A stretch of 64,000 nucleotides of DNA from Raja brachyura (taxonomy: Eukaryota): positions 29,202,001-29,266,000 of the forward strand of contig OY740811.1 in assembly GCA_963514005.1 (NCBI GenBank). The letters are read 5' to 3'. Positions 1-13,524 of the stretch are shown piece by piece. Position numbers and translations under genes: made by a program. A model generated the notes under the pieces. It made no database searches and had not been told where the DNA came from. It saw only the letters and a program-made list of their open reading frames with translations. How positions within the stretch are numbered: the stretch's first letter is position 1; every line of letters begins with the position of its first letter.

Positions 1-788
1 AGCTGTTGCTGGGAAGTGCTCTGATCAAACCATTGGAGTTATTCCGGTAACCACAAAAATGCATGCAATTCTCATTTCAGAGCAGGGATGGGTCACAATT
101 CATGTTGAAACAAGGAACTGCAGATGCAACAATACAAAATAGGTCACAATTTGCTGGTGTGGCACACCAGGACAGGCAGCATTCTTAGAGATCCCCAGGG
201 TCGCAATTCCTTCTGTCCAAGGAATAGTCAATGGGAGACTTGAATTTTCAAGAATCATAGAATGAATGTGAACAGGTGATCAATAGTGGGGGTGGATTCA
301 GTGGGCCAGAGGGCCTGCTTCCATGCTGTATCTCTAAATTAATGTTAGGTATTGTGACTGGGTCGCTGCATTTGAGTTTAATAGGTTCTTGCCGGCCTTT
401 TGACACAGTTCATATGATTACTAATTCCTACCAAGGCTGCATTATACACCTTGGTTTTTAATATGTGTTGAAATATTGCAAGTTAAAATGTGAGTCATTC
501 TATCAACCTTGGTTGACGTTTGCATTGTGGTTTATCTGCAATCCTTGATGCCGTTCCTCAGTGATTATTTTGCACATGCATCCTCAGCGGGATAACGATC
601 AGCCTATTCTTTCCCTAATATGGTGCGGTTGTGCAGCGGTATAATCATATTAGTGCAAGCCTATAAATTACTTGTGGCAGTTAATCTTCCAAAGTTAATT
701 GTCTTCACCATTGTCCTATTCCCTCATGAGTTCTAGATGACTTGCATACAACATGTCTTTACTAGATCCTGGTTATTTATGCATCTTT

Positions 789-1093
789 GGAGGCACAGTG
801 GCGCAGCGATAAAATTGCTGCCCAACAGTGCGACATCCGGGTTAGATTCTGACCTTGGGTACTGTCTGTACAGTGTTTGCACATTCTCCATGTGACCACT
901 TGCGTTTTTCCGTGTACACCAGTTTCTTCCCAAATTCCTAAGACTTGCAGGTTTGTAATTTAATTAGCCTCTGCAAATTGTTCCGAGAGAGTGTAGGATA
1001 GAACTAGTGGACGCGGTGATCGCTGGTCGGCACGGACCCGGTGGGCTGAAGGGCCTGTTTCCATGCTGTCTCTCTAAACCTAAACTAAACTAA
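789..1093 (+). mobile_element. HE1-type tRNA-derived V-SINE
   Basis: tRNA-like head, V-domain core, CR1-derived tail ending (ctaaa)n. Confidence 0.85.
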
Positions 1094-1291
1094 GGGGTTT
1101 GTCTATGTAATTCCTCGGGATGAGATGCTTAGCCTGAGGAAGATATCTGTAGATGTATCGTAGATGTATGTCTTTCACTTATTAGTGAAACTCTTGGAAT
1201 GGGAGAGATTTGGAGCCCAGAATTTTCTGACCTTTGTTGCCAGGTTCTCAGAAGTAACCAGTAATTTTTATTTTACATTCTGTATTTTCAG

Positions 1292-1510
1292 ATGTTAATT
1301 GGAATGGACTCCATCACAAACCTGCATAAATTGGAGCAGGTTTCCAGTGATGAAGGCATTGGAACTCTGGCTGAAAACCTACTGGAGGCACTGCGGGAAC
1401 ACCCAGAGGTCAACAGGAAAATTGAAGCAGCACGAAAAGAGACGCGAGCAGGAAAGAAACGAATGGCCATGGCTATGCGGCAGAAAGCACTCGGCACACT
1501 TGGGATGACG
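1292..1510 (+). CDS. UBR4: UBR4 (p600 E3 ligase) internal coding exon; gene starts upstream of the window
   Basis: LHKLEQVSSDEGIGTLAENLLEALREHP...MAMAMRQKALGTLGMT matches the vertebrate UBR4 C-terminal region; ttttcag acceptor, gtaaat donor; 219 nt. Confidence 0.96.
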
Positions 1511-2924
1511 GTAAATGTGCAGTGTAGTTAAAACAGCACACGGGAAATGAACACTGATAATGCAAACACTATTACTGTCGGCTTCTGTTTAGGAAGTTGA
1601 ATGTTATTTGTGTTCTTACTCCACTTGCCCAACATGCTCTCATCATCATTTATTTCCCTTTTCTCATAGTCCAGATATCCTGTTCTTAATTGCTAACATG
1701 GTCTTGGCTTCAATCAGTAACTACAGATATAACTTACATCTGAGGCTGTGTATTACCGATACCATATCCTATTTTGTGGAGCAAAAATCACGTATTACTG
1801 AGGGTTATGTAAATTCACGATTACATCTCAACCTTTTGCATACTTTGGTCCATTAATGTGTTGTATTTTTACAGTGCCATGCATATGCAGTGCTTGTTTT
1901 AGTATCCTAATAGCCTATTTTACACCATTCTTCGGTATCACCTTAGATTTGCTCAATTTGACTATTAGAACTCTTCTTTCTTAAGTAAAACGTACCACCT
2001 TGGAATTCCAGCAGCGGCATTTTTACTTTCCATCAACATCAAATTGGCATGCCTTTAATCATTTGCTTGATTTATTTTGTCTCCTATTTTAATTGATTCT
2101 GCAAACTTGTGAGACCACTTGCTCTGATCTTACATTCAAATTATAGATAGGCAGAGTAAGTAAAAGTGATCCCAGAACTGAACACTGAGCTGCAAGAAAG
2201 CAATCGCAGTATTGCCTTTTTTAACCTAATTTGGGCAAATTGGGCTTGTACTTGAGTGATCTTATTGACGCACAAAACATTTGCTGAGAATGTGGCAGGG
2301 TTCCTGCGCAGAGGCTGATTTGTTTGTCTTGAATGTCTAGACTTACAAGTTACAGCCTCAGTGTAAAAGGTCAACTATTTAGAAGTGAGATGAAGGAAAA
2401 TATCTGCACCAGGAGATTTTACCCGCAAGCCCTGTGGAAACTCGCTTATTGAATTTAAACATGTTTAAGTGACAGTTTTTGCATTATTCTTTGTAGCACA
2501 AAATGAATATATGGATGTGAGGATATGTAGCACAATTCTTGGGCAAGCTTTAAACTTTCAACCTTGGTGCAATTTTAAATTGTTAAATTGGAGCAATTAT
2601 TTGAACCTTTGAGTTCCCTTAAAGCCAAATTGTTGTCATCTGTGCAGCCGTGCTCCATTATATGTTCCTGACCAGCACAGCAGATAATTATTAAATAACA
2701 TTGCCCTATAGTTCCAAGTGTTATAGCTCACAGCACCTTTCGTGTTGGCGCAATGACCCCATTACAGAACTTTGTCTGAAATGTATCAAATTGTGATTTA
2801 TTGTTGGTGAGATTGATGCCAGTTTAATTCAAGTGGGAGTGAATTCCATTATTTCAATCACTCTGACTTGCAAAATAGAAGCTGGTGATTTGATTTAAGT
2901 CTTTTCGTAGGAAAACTGATGGTT

Positions 2925-3090
2925 GAAACAGTTCAAAGTGAGTTTGTAAGTTAATTGGCCTCTGTAAAAAAAATTGCCTCAAGTGCGTCAGGGATAGATA
3001 AGAAAGTGGGATAATATAGAACCAGTGTGAACAGGTGATCAGAGTGGTGTTGGTGAACCACGGGGGCCATTTCCATGCTGTACCTCTAAA
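2925..3090 (+). mobile_element. HE1-type SINE, 3' part
   Basis: Similar to the 3' half of the 789-1093 copy. Confidence 0.65.
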
Positions 3091-3347
3091 CAGGAGTACT
3101 ATAATTAGACTACTGGAAAAACTGGACAGCAACTATGAACGACTCTATGCTCTATTTATTCCATGTGAGAAAACAACGTTTATTTGCCTTGCTATGATTC
3201 ACACGTTGCCAAGACTCCCCCCAGACTGGAGCAGATGGTTAGGTCTACGGATATATGCCCCAAGTTGAGCAAGTGAAATGATTTTACAAAGCGCTTACAT
3301 ACCTTTTAACCCTGATCATTCTCATGGATTTGTTTCTTGCCCAACAG

Positions 3348-3461
3348 ACCAATGAAAAAGGTCAGGTGGTCACCACAACAACACTACTGAAGCAGATGGA
3401 AGAACTGATTGAGGAACCAGGTTTAACCTGTTGCATTTGCCGTGAAGGTTATAAATTTCAG
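3348..3461 (+). CDS. UBR4: UBR4 exon (TNEKGQVV...EPGLTCCICREGYKFQ, start of hemiRING zinc finger)
   Basis: caacag acceptor, gtaagt donor, 114 nt, in frame with neighbours. Confidence 0.96.
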
Positions 3462-3562
3462 GTAAGTCAGCTTTGCCACAGAGAAATGCATATCTGCAGT
3501 ATAGTGTCAGTGCGGTGCCCCCGTTTTGCAATCACAATCGTGGTCCTTTATGTCAATTATAG

Positions 3563-3705
3563 CCAACCAAGGTGTTGGGGATTTACACCTTCACAAAGCG
3601 TGTTGCAATTGAAGAGTTTGAGAACAAACCACGGAAACAACAAGGATACAGTACTGTCTCACATTTTAATATTGTCCACTATGATTGTCATCTCGCTGCA
3701 GTCAG
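3563..3705 (+). CDS. UBR4: UBR4 exon ([14 protein letters not shown]...[15 protein letters not shown])
   Basis: tatag acceptor, gtaaga donor, 143 nt. Confidence 0.96.
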
Positions 3706-4406
3706 GTAAGAGCGACACTTTTTCACTCTTCAAACTAAGAAAGGTTATGATGTACATTTTGTAAATCTTCCTCTACTGAGAAGTGAGATGGCAACTGGAG
3801 AGAGATATGCACCACCAAAAAGATGCAAACAACGAAAGATTGGGATCTCAATTCGGAGTTTGTGGCTGGTCTGGCAATATTGGAAGAAAAATCCATTAAA
3901 ATATTCAAGGAGAGGTTAATTTTTCCCAAGCTCCAGAGAAAGGAACATGGTAGAATAAGCAGCGTGCTGTAAAAATCTTAATCTACTATTTCGTGTTCCG
4001 GTACCTAGATCTGCTGAGCACAGCAAATGATGTGGTTTTATATTTAATTGGGAAATAAATTACTATGTTACATAGGTGGAATGGAATCTGGCCTGGAAAC
4101 CTTTTGCAATTGGGTGGCTCCTTTAAAGACATTGTTTATTTGTTCCCTGGGAAAATAACTCAAAATTAATCGCGTGCAAACTCCTGAAACCAGTTTTCGG
4201 AGGACTAGTAATTAAACCACTGATTCCACTTTTTTAAATGAATTTTGTACAATTATCACAAAGTGTAATGGGTACATTGTATTTCTAATATTTACTAGAG
4301 ATAAGTTATTGCATTCACTGGTGGGATTTTCTATCTCAGTAAAAATGATTTAAGTAATTTATGATGAATATTGATCTGGTAGATTTTTGTGAATTAATTC
4401 CCACAG

Positions 4407-4532
4407 GTTGGCACGAGGGCGTGAGGAGTGGGAGAGTGCTGCGTTACAGAATGCAAACACCAAGTGTAATGGATTGCTGCCTGTGTGGGGTCCGCATGTG
4501 CCAGAATCGGCATTTGCTACGTGTTTGGCAAG
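4407..4532 (+). CDS. UBR4: UBR4 exon ([42 protein letters not shown])
   Basis: ccacag acceptor, gtaaga donor, 126 nt. Confidence 0.96.
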
Positions 4533-4619
4533 GTAAGACTATGAGGGTCTTCAATGTGAATTTTTTCTGGAATTAGATGGGAGTGTGATTAAAATTAGGA
4601 ATCAAAGGAAAGAGTATGC

Positions 4620-4768
4620 CATGTTGGGAAATGGTGATAGCGGAGTCAGGGCATATGGGGAGAAGGCAGGAACGGGGTACAGATTGTGGATGATCAACCA
4701 TGATCACATTGAATGGCGGTGCTGGCTCGAAGGGCAGAATGGCCTACTCCTGCACCTATTGTCTATTG
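4620..4768 (+). mobile_element. CR1/HER1 LINE 3' end
   Basis: atgatcacattgaatggcggtgctggctcgaaggg...ctactcctgcacctat tail shared with other CR1 copies in the window. Confidence 0.8.
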
Positions 4769-4900
4769 TGATGAAGCTTATAAAAATATGCAGGAATTCA
4801 TAAAAGCTTGAAAGACGAATAACATATGCAGTTCTATTTAGAACAAACGCAAATTATTTGTTTTCAAATAATATGCAGTAATATACACAAAAAATAGCTT

Positions 4901-5035
4901 NNNNNNNNNNNNNNNNNNNNNNNNNNNNNNNNNNNNNNNNNNNNNNNNNNNNNNNNNNNNNNNNNNNNNNNNNNNNNNNNNNNNNNNNNNNNNNNNNNNN
5001 NNNNNNNNNNNNNNNNNNNNNNNNNNNNNNNNNNN
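4901..5035. other. Assembly gap (N run)
   Basis: 135 N. Confidence 0.99.
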
Positions 5036-5145
5036 TCACAGCAAAGTGGGATATTCTGCAAGAAACATTATCTTGATGAAGACTTGAAGCTCATTAAAAA
5101 AGTCCAGTGACTTGCTTCTGTGCTACAACCACCTGAAATTAATTA

Positions 5146-5345
5146 ATAGACTATAGGTGCAGGAGTAGGCCATTCGGCCCTTTGAACCAGCACCGCCATT
5201 CAATGTGATCATGGCTGATCATCCCCGTTCCTGCCTTCTCCCCATATCCCCTGACTGCTATTTTTAAGAGCCCTATCTAGCTCTCTCTTGAAAGCATCCA
5301 GAGAACCTGCCTCCGCCACCTTCTGAGGCAGAGAATTCCACAGTT
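5146..5345 (-). mobile_element. CR1/HER1 LINE 3' end
   Basis: Reverse complement of the same CR1 tail. Confidence 0.8.
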
Positions 5346-5419
5346 AAGGTGTTTGACGTGGCAAATACATTTCTGTATGGTGTACTAAATTTTAATGACC
5401 TTGTTTCTGATTGTTCCAG

Positions 5420-5614
5420 GCACAACACATACTTACAAGAGTGCACAGGTCAGCGTGAACCCACCTACCAGCTTAATGTTCATGATATTAAACTCCTCTT
5501 CCTGCGTTTTGCAATGGAACAGTCATTTAGTGTTGATACTGGTGGAGGGGGCAGAGAGAGCAACATCCATCTTATCCCTTACATAATGCACACAGTTCTC
5601 TACGTTCTTAATAC
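5420..5614 (+). CDS. UBR4: UBR4 exon (HNTYLQECTGQREPTYQLNVHD...HTVLYVLNT)
   Basis: ttccag acceptor, gtaagt donor, 195 nt. Confidence 0.96.
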
Positions 5615-5691
5615 GTAAGTACAGCAGAGCCTCCATTCAATTACCACAATTTTGTAATGATGTATATTGACATTGTACAATTAAATCACAG

Positions 5692-5916
5692 GACACGGGC
5701 CACATCCCGAGAGGAAAAGAATCTACAAAGTTTTTTGGAACAGCCAAAGGAGAAATGGGTTGAAAGTGCTTACGAGGTGGATGGAGTGCACTATTTCACA
5801 GTCTTGGCACTGCATGTTTTTCCACCTGAGAAATGGAAAACTATTCGTGTTGATTTTCTCAAACGTCTCCTCGTCACTGCCCAAGCAAGGAAAGCATCAC
5901 CAAGTGGCTCCACCAA
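5692..5916 (+). CDS. UBR4: UBR4 exon (TRATSREEKNLQSFLEQPKEKWVES...)
   Basis: cacag acceptor after a 77-nt intron, gtaaga donor, 225 nt. Confidence 0.95.
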
Positions 5917-6581
5917 GTAAGAGAACCAATATAGTCACTAAAGTTTGTGCTTTTATGATGAACAATTATTTTATCGCAGATCTCATCAAAGTGGAAAAGT
6001 GCGATTTGAGAATGCATTTCAATCCTGTGCGCGGACAAGGAAAAAGTCTTGATCCTTTGGAGCTTCGTCACCATATCCCGATCCCTTTAATTTCTAGCAT
6101 TGCACTGAATTGTGTTTAAATATCCCCAGAGCATATATTTTTGCTCAGTGGATTAATTTAAATATTCACCACCATCAAAAGAATTCCTGATAAATGATTA
6201 CTTTTCATTGATTTTCGCTGTCCACTTTAGTATACTTGGAAATAATGTACTTTTATTTGATCTATACTTTCACAGGTCCAGGTAATGTCGAACCAGTGAT
6301 TTATAAAGATTTTGAAATCAAAAAATGACTGGCTAGAAATGTTAAATTAAAAAAATGTTGGAAGCACTTAGCAGGTCAGGTAGTATCTGCGGAAAGAAAA
6401 ACGATATTTTAGGGCTAAGGCTGTTTTAACGCCTCACATAATTTTTCTAAGTAGATTAAATTGTTTCCATTGATTAGGGGATACTTCATATTGTCGTTCA
6501 CTCTACTCTTCCCTCTGTAGCACAAGATTTTCTTGGAACGTTGCAAATGATCTTGTATTAAGTAAATATCCTGATTTTCAG

Positions 6582-6672
6582 ATTGTCAGACAAGTCTGTG
6601 AAGGAATACTCTGTGTACCGGCCTGCTCTGCTCTGCTGGGGATTAGTGGACCTGATTTATGGCATTTTCAAG
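6582..6672 (+). CDS. UBR4: UBR4 exon (LSDKSVKEYSVYRPALLCWGLVDLIYGIFK)
   Basis: ttttcag acceptor, gtatga donor, 91 nt, restores phase 0. Confidence 0.94.
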
Positions 6673-7076
6673 GTATGACACTTGGCATGTTGGCATGAAC
6701 TGTTCTGCATGGAGCTGCATTTGATGGAATTTTAACATTTACCTATTCGCTCAGGAATAATTAGTTAATAATTAACAAAATAAGATATTTATAACTTCCT
6801 GTAATGAAAATAAAACTAGTTCACATAGTATTAACACCAAATTGGAAATCCAGTTAATGCCATCTGAGTGAAACAATAGATGGTGGGATGAATATTTCTT
6901 GATGGGATTATAACTTAGTCAAAATATATCGAACGTTTATTGATACCTGATTTTTCTTTCTCTCTGAAATTGCAAATTTTGTGTGTTCTGCATCATTATA
7001 AATAAGTAACATTGATAACATTTATATTTAATTGTAAAGTTGTATTTTTAAATCAATTTATTCTTTACCGCAACAG

Positions 7077-7239
7077 AAGGTTCCAACAAGTAACACGGAG
7101 GGTGGCTGGTCCTACTCTCTTGCCGAATATATTCGACACAACGATATGCCGATTTACGAGACAACAGACAGATCTCTCAAAACTTTCCAGGATGAATTCA
7201 TGACTGCTGAATCCTTTGCTGAATTTCTCGACGCTGCAG
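7077..7239 (+). CDS. UBR4: UBR4 exon (KVPTSNTEGGWSYSLAEYIRHNDMPIYE...EFLDAA)
   Basis: caacag acceptor (tandem cag-aag), gttagt donor, 163 nt. Confidence 0.95.
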
Positions 7240-7692
7240 GTTAGTATTTAGAAAAAAATTGGATGTATTTGATTTTGAATTTGCATTTATTTATTTCCTC
7301 CGCTTCAACATAAGACTAATGCAAACTATGATTAATGTATGACATCTATCATGAAATATGTCTTCACAACTAGAGATCAACAATCGTGTATTATTCCAAT
7401 GGATTTTGGACTTCATAAAGTTAAATATAGGAATCTTGATTTTACTTTAAGATTCCCATTCCTGTCAGAACGAGACTCTGGATGAAATTGTATTGTAGGT
7501 ATCCAATGCATCTCTAAAACAAACGCCTTAATTGAAAGGTCTGGCTATTGCTGTCTTGGTACTCGGGATACTTGTTTTTGTACACCCCAATTACTACCAT
7601 TAAATGTTGTTTAGATATAGCGGTGTTTTTCACTTGGCAAATCCCATCGTGGCCACTTAATCAAAGATTTATATTGTGTTCACTTTCTTCAG

Positions 7693-7757
7693 GTCTCTTG
7701 ACAGAAATTGAAGATCCTGACAACTTCCTGAAAGACCTTCTTAACTCTATTCCCTAA
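7693..7757 (+). CDS. UBR4: UBR4 last coding exon (GLLTEIEDPDNFLKDLLNSIP*)
   Basis: ttcag acceptor; matches the recalled human C-terminus (...FLKDLLNSVP); TAA stop. Confidence 0.96.
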
Positions 7758-8087
7758 AATGTTCCAAGTTCATCTGCTCAGAAACAAAGCAAATATTTAA
7801 CAATACTTTTAGATATACTGTGTTTGCATTTTTACTCCTTCAAAACAATTGAAATTAATTTTAGGCTCAGTTCTTCAGCGATGCTTATTTCGTTAATTGC
7901 TTTTTCTGTGTGAGCATTCTGGGTTTAAGATTTTAACATACATGTACAAAGGAATACTCATTTAACCTGAGTGAATGCATGATGTACAATTAGTTAAAAT
8001 TCCTGTTTTGTTGTTGTATCCAGTACTTCACTGTAACAAACCACTTATTTAAATGTTATGCTAAAAGTCTGGTTCATTATTACATCC

Positions 8088-8093
8088 AATAAA
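8088..8093 (+). terminator. Putative UBR4 polyadenylation signal
   Basis: AATAAA followed by ATTAAA about 330 nt after the stop, with T-rich sequence downstream. Confidence 0.6.
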
Positions 8094-9739
8094 ATTAAAT
8101 CATGATTCTCCTTTTTGATGTCAATCTATGAGTGATTTAATGTTGAAACAGACTGCCCTCTTGTCCAGCTCGCCTCATGTTAAGTTTGCTATTGAATTAC
8201 TTGTAAATTGCACGGGAAATGGCAATGTTAATTTTCACAAGGAAAAATTGAAATGCAAGTATCTGAATATGAACATTCAGTGTTGTGATACAACCTTTAT
8301 TAAACTTACGCAAGAGGACAGATTCACTAACAACAAATAAATCTGCCTGGGTTAGTATGACATTTGAAATATTCAGAAGTGCTGATGCAGATTGTTGAAT
8401 GAATCCATGCTTTAGCTCTGCCAGAGGATAAAGATGGTAAACAAACACATTTTTAATAATGATTAGAGGTGACTAACCTGAAATGTTAACTGTTTCTCTC
8501 TTCATTGATACAACCTGATTGTACAAGGTTTAAATTGTCTTTAAATTTACTGGTAGTAAGAATGGGTTTCACCCATCTTTAGGAGAAGACATCATGATCT
8601 AATATTAACAATAATTAATTGCTGGACATCTCTTTCTATCCCACACTTCAAATGTTGGACTTTGATCTGATAAGACCAACATCTGTTGCCGAGTTGATTT
8701 CTGGTTGATTATTTGTCTAGATTTCCCTGTAAATTAGAACTATTTACACGTAAAATCATAACTTCAATCCTAATGCTGGAAGACAGACCCCTTCCACTAA
8801 ATATCTTGGCAAAGTGGACTATCCCATAATATTGAGTTAACTGTTCTATGGGGCCATTGCCCACCTCTCTCAATGGCACATTCCTAAATTTGTGACGTAA
8901 AAATAATCTTGCAGCAAAAAGAATAACAATTCATGACCCAATTTATTAGAAGCAAACACAGCTGTTTCTTTCTGAAATAATGATATATTTAAAACACTAG
9001 TCAAATACAAAACTGCCCTTAACCTAAATGGTTAGTGAAGCTTTTTTTGACAGATGTAATTTTCAATGTGAGTTTTTGGAAGGGTGGAGATTGTAAATAA
9101 ACCTGTTGTGAAATATTTTATGGTGGTAACAATGAGGTGGAGTTCAATCACTTTCTAAATACGACCAAATTTTACTGCAGAGAAAGCCCTACGATTGATG
9201 TCTGCTATGCAGACAAATCGTAAAAGGAACGGCAAGGTATAATCTTTAATGAGGCATATTTGGAATGGTATACTTAATGCCCTATCTAAATTTATGACAA
9301 ACTTGTAAAGGAATTGTAGGCGAGTCAAGATGGTGGAAAATATAATTTGTGTTGATTTGCAAACGTAGGTGTCGTCATTTCTGAAACAAGTTAAGTTAGA
9401 TAAATAGCTTCCAAAAATATTTAATAGTGCTAATAATCGTCTTGAGGCTCTTATTTGATGAACACTGAGGAATGAATGGGTGGCACTTGGCTCTGATTGT
9501 CCAAGACCATGGCTTTCAAACATTTTTCCGGTGACCCACATTAACCAGATTCACCAATTATAAAAAAAATCTTGCAGTTTGCAAACAGGGGTAAGTAGTA
9601 AACATTTTTTTAATTCTCCTGTGACCCACCCCCCTCAGAGACATGCTGTGCTTTGAACACTGCAGATTTCTTTTTTTCTCCCCAGAGCTCGGGAAAATTA
9701 TATTTGTCCAACCCAGCCCTGGAATTAAGTTTCACAGTA

Positions 9740-9921
9740 TGCAGGAATGAACTGCAGATGCTGGTTTAAATCGAAGGTAGACACAAAATGCTGCAGTAAC
9801 TCAACGAGTCAGGGAGCATCTCTGGAGAGAAGGATTGGGTGACGTTTCGGGTCGAGACTGAAGAAGGGTCGCAATCCAAAATATCACCCATTCCTCCTCT
9901 CCAGCGATGCTGTATGACCCA
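9740..9921. mobile_element. Penelope terminal-repeat derivative, fold-back form
   Basis: gaactgcagatgctgg...gacgtttcgggtcgaga-ctgaagaagggtc... inverted arms. Confidence 0.75.
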
Positions 9922-12175
9922 TTAAATTTCACAGAGCAGGTCAGGCTGCTTCCCCAAAAACACTCCAGAGGCAGACTACCATGCGTGCCTTTCTTCCTCA
10001 CTCTGACAGCCACATTTACTGCACTATCCCACCGTCGCTATTGCCATTATTCTCCTCCCTTTCTGAATTATGAAAGTTCACGTGTGTTTGAGAGAGTATG
10101 GGTGGTACTCAGTTAGCCGGAGTCAAAGATACTGTAAAGCCTAATTTTATGGAATTTACATTGTAGGTAAAACTTCAGTTGCACTTGCACTAGAAACTGT
10201 TTAGACATGTCCTTGTGATTATAAAGAAACAATTACATTTTAAGTAAAAATTATTCACTTTTCAATGTTACTTATAGCCTTGCCAATTTAATTAATGAAG
10301 AATTGTACCACACCCAATTACATTATCCAGTATTCCATCGCATGGCATCTTAAGCAAAACATAAAGGGTGTGGTCCCCCTCCTTGCACGAAAGGTATTTT
10401 TGATTGCACAACATGTCTTAATCATAAGCTTAACAGTCCAACCTTTCAAATAATTGCCGATGGATGTGTTAACTTGTTTTTGATGCGTGGGTTTAGAAGG
10501 TGGCTTCATTTTTTACTGTTAGCCCTCCATTGCTTTCAGAAACATGAGATGATACATAAATAGACCCACTTCCACTCAGCATAACGGACAACTTTCTCCA
10601 ATGATTCTTATCTTCATTGGAAATCTGTAGCCTCAGTTGTGGATACGTGGTTTCTGAGGATATCCAGACTTTAATCTTTATGTTCAACGGATAAGACAGG
10701 CGGTTACCATATGGCACAGGAGTAGCAAAAATTCCAGCCGAATACCATTAATCCTATTTAAAGCACAGAGTGCAATTAAATAATGCCATAAAGATCCAAT
10801 TTCCGGTTTCAATTTTATCAAATATCACAAAAAGATAACATGAGTACATTAGCCCATCTACTCCAAATCACCAAAGCTTCTGAGACTTCTGCCAACAGAA
10901 GTCCAGGCCCTGGCAATTGATTGTAATCTAAAAGCAGGCTTCTGCAATTTGACAAACGCCATGGCCAGGGAACTTGGTAAAATTGAGGATCTCCTCCCAG
11001 ATGACATTTAAGACGGACAGCAAAGCATTCCCCCAACTGAAATGTTGTGTTCTTTGCATTCTTGAGATTCTTCAAATGCTTTCTGAAATCTCAATGACGT
11101 GAGCAGGATAACCTTGATGTCAATTTTACAGTCTGGCGATCAAGAGACACCATGTTATCTTAAACATTAAATCAGTTTGGGATTATTATACAGTAATTCA
11201 AGCAAAATAATGAAAATGACAGGTTAACAGAAATGATGGACAGCAAACAAATCCAGTATAATAAGGTTAAATTTTTTGTGAGAAAATAAAAGAGGAATGC
11301 AAGTATATTTTCAGTGAAAAGAAACTGAAGGGTGTGGATAAAGAATTCTTGTTTTAATACATTCTTTAATGCAATGGACTTGAATGCACTTTCAGAAAGT
11401 GTCATGTTAAACAATTATGTTAGAAACCTTACAAAATCATGCAGGGCTAAGGAGAAAGAGCGGGAAGTGGAACTAATTGGATAGATCTTTCACAGACGCC
11501 ACACAAAGGTGGGCACACATGCCCTCCTGCACAATTAGATGATAGAAAAAGCTCATGAAAAGTCATGATTTTAACACGAACCTCTTGCCAAAGATGCTGC
11601 CTGATCAGCTGTGCATTTCTGACATTTTGTTTTAAATTTCAGATTACTAGCATCTGCATTATTTTGCCTCTGGAATGGTTTTGTGTTCATTCCTTTAGAT
11701 TTTGAGTACAATTCAAGAGATTGCAGCTTGGAGCATTTTTTTCTCATTTTTTGGGTTGTGAAGTAGTGGTTTGGAAAATGGAGAAGAAACAGAAAATTGG
11801 GGTGACAGACATTTAGTAATGTATTTAATTTAAAATATGTAAGCTATGAATATTCAGTTAACGAAAAGGAACACATGGAAGCATACAATGCTGAGGAAAG
11901 TAAATATGGAGAAGGTGTCCCTGTCATATCCATGGTTGACCTTTGCTCAAAACAATCCTAGAGCAAGATTATCAGTTAATCAGTTATGAAGCTAAAAGAT
12001 TAACACATTTGCATATAGTCGGAGAGCTCGCCAGTGCCTATATTCCAAATTGTTCCATAGAAAGCCGCAGTTTGATATTTATCAAGGAAATCTACCTCCT
12101 CCTCCGACCCATCAAAGCAAAATTCACAGCATTTGCTCCCTTAGCTGCACGCCATCAGAACTTCACACTTCAGTA

Positions 12176-12320
12176 GGCATTTAGACAGACTAATGTACAA
12201 GAAGGGTTCAGAGGGGAATGGGCTGAATGCAGGAAAATAGGACCAGCCTATAATGCCAACTTGGTCACCTTGGCAAGTTGGGCCAAAGGACCTGTTTCCA
12301 TGCTGTATGCTCAGAGTCTA
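12176..12320 (+). mobile_element. CR1-type LINE 3' end
   Basis: gggccaaaggacctgtttccatgctgtatg tail. Confidence 0.65.
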
Positions 12321-12680
12321 ATTAGGCTGTCCAGTGTTGACAGATGAGAGGAGATGCATAGAGTCAGGCAGTGCTACTTGGCAGTAATGAAACAGAAGAG
12401 TCCAAAGTGTCATCAGCAAGCAATTCTCACCAGATGCAGGTTGCAGCTTCAATTAAATAATGCTGTAAAAACACAACTGTGCAATCTGCATATAGGAGCT
12501 TGGTCGGTGACCAAATAGTAGATGAAGCGGCGGGGATGCGGTGGACTGGTCGCAGGGAGTGGGTTTTCCCTGTGGATTTGGAGCAGTTAACACATCAACG
12601 CGACCTGCTCACAAGATCAGGGCAAAGTGCTATGACCCAACATCCCTCCCCAGCCCTGGTATGAGATGCAACAAAGGAAC

Positions 12681-13111
12681 GCGGCACGGTGGCATAGAGG
12701 TAGAGTTGCTGCCTTGCAGCGCCAGAGACCCGGGTTCAATCCCGACTACGGGTGCTGTCTGCAGTAGTATGTACGTTCTCCACGTGACTGTGTGGGTTTT
12801 CTCCAAGATCTTTGGTTTCCTTCCACACTTCAAACACATACAGGCTTGTAGGTTAATTGGCTTGTGTTTGTGTACTTGGTATAAGTGTAAATTGTTCCTA
12901 ATGTGTGTAAGCTTGTGTTAATATGCGGGGATTGCTAGTCGGTGCTGACTCAGTGGGCCGAAGAGCATGGTTCCACAAAATGCTGGGTACACAAAATGCT
13001 GGAGAAACTCAGCGGGTGCAGCAGCATCTATGGAGCGAAGGAGATGGGTAACGTTTCGGGCCGAAACCCTTTTTGGTTCCACGCTGTATCTCTAAACTAA
13101 ACTAAATTAAA
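12681..13111 (+). mobile_element. HE1-type V-SINE interrupted by a Penelope-derived insert
   Basis: B box ggttcaatcc, V-domain, (ctaaa)n tail. Confidence 0.85.
12977..13073 (-). mobile_element. Penelope terminal-repeat fragment nested in the SINE tail
   Basis: Flanked by 9-bp duplication tggttccac (12968-12976, 13074-13082). Confidence 0.8.
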
Positions 13112-13524
13112 CTCTTCCTTCTGGGCTGTTAGCACTGCATTAGTGTCCACTCACTGACAGCTGTGGAAGGCTACATCTGTTTCTCAATAGGACCAACAAG
13201 GCATAACCTGGTTTTAAAAAGTATAATACAGTATATGATTATAGAGATTGTTTCCGCTGCAGAAACAAACATGGATATTCTCGCCCATTAATAGTAAATC
13301 AATATTTTCTGTAAATTTGTTTGTCCATTCTGCAACTATTTGATATTTGTTTTAAGGTAATTAAGGTAGAATCATTAGGAATTGTCAATTTAAAGTACAA
13401 ACTAAAAGTGTGATTTTAAAGATTTCAGAGACTTGATTTGCATGGAGGATTGTTGGAACTTGAACGGAATGGTTCAGGAACAGATCACTGCAGGGGCTTG
13501 CACACAAATTTTAAGAGTCATAAT

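Noticed and set aside
1450-1453. UBR4 ETRAGKKR versus recalled human ETRAEKKR
   Set aside because: Single substitution that may be a variant or read error; cannot be evaluated here.
4854-5061. ORFs spanning N runs (also 34070-34407)
   Set aside because: Artefacts of assembly gaps.
9190-9220. FVCIADINR resembling the DNase II C-terminal motif
   Set aside because: No upstream HSKW motif and no downstream RGGG; too short to assign.
12681-12750. tRNA-like sequence with A/B boxes (also at 789, 34944, 54543)
   Set aside because: Heads of HE1-type SINEs, continuing into the V-domain and CR1 tail; not tRNA genes.
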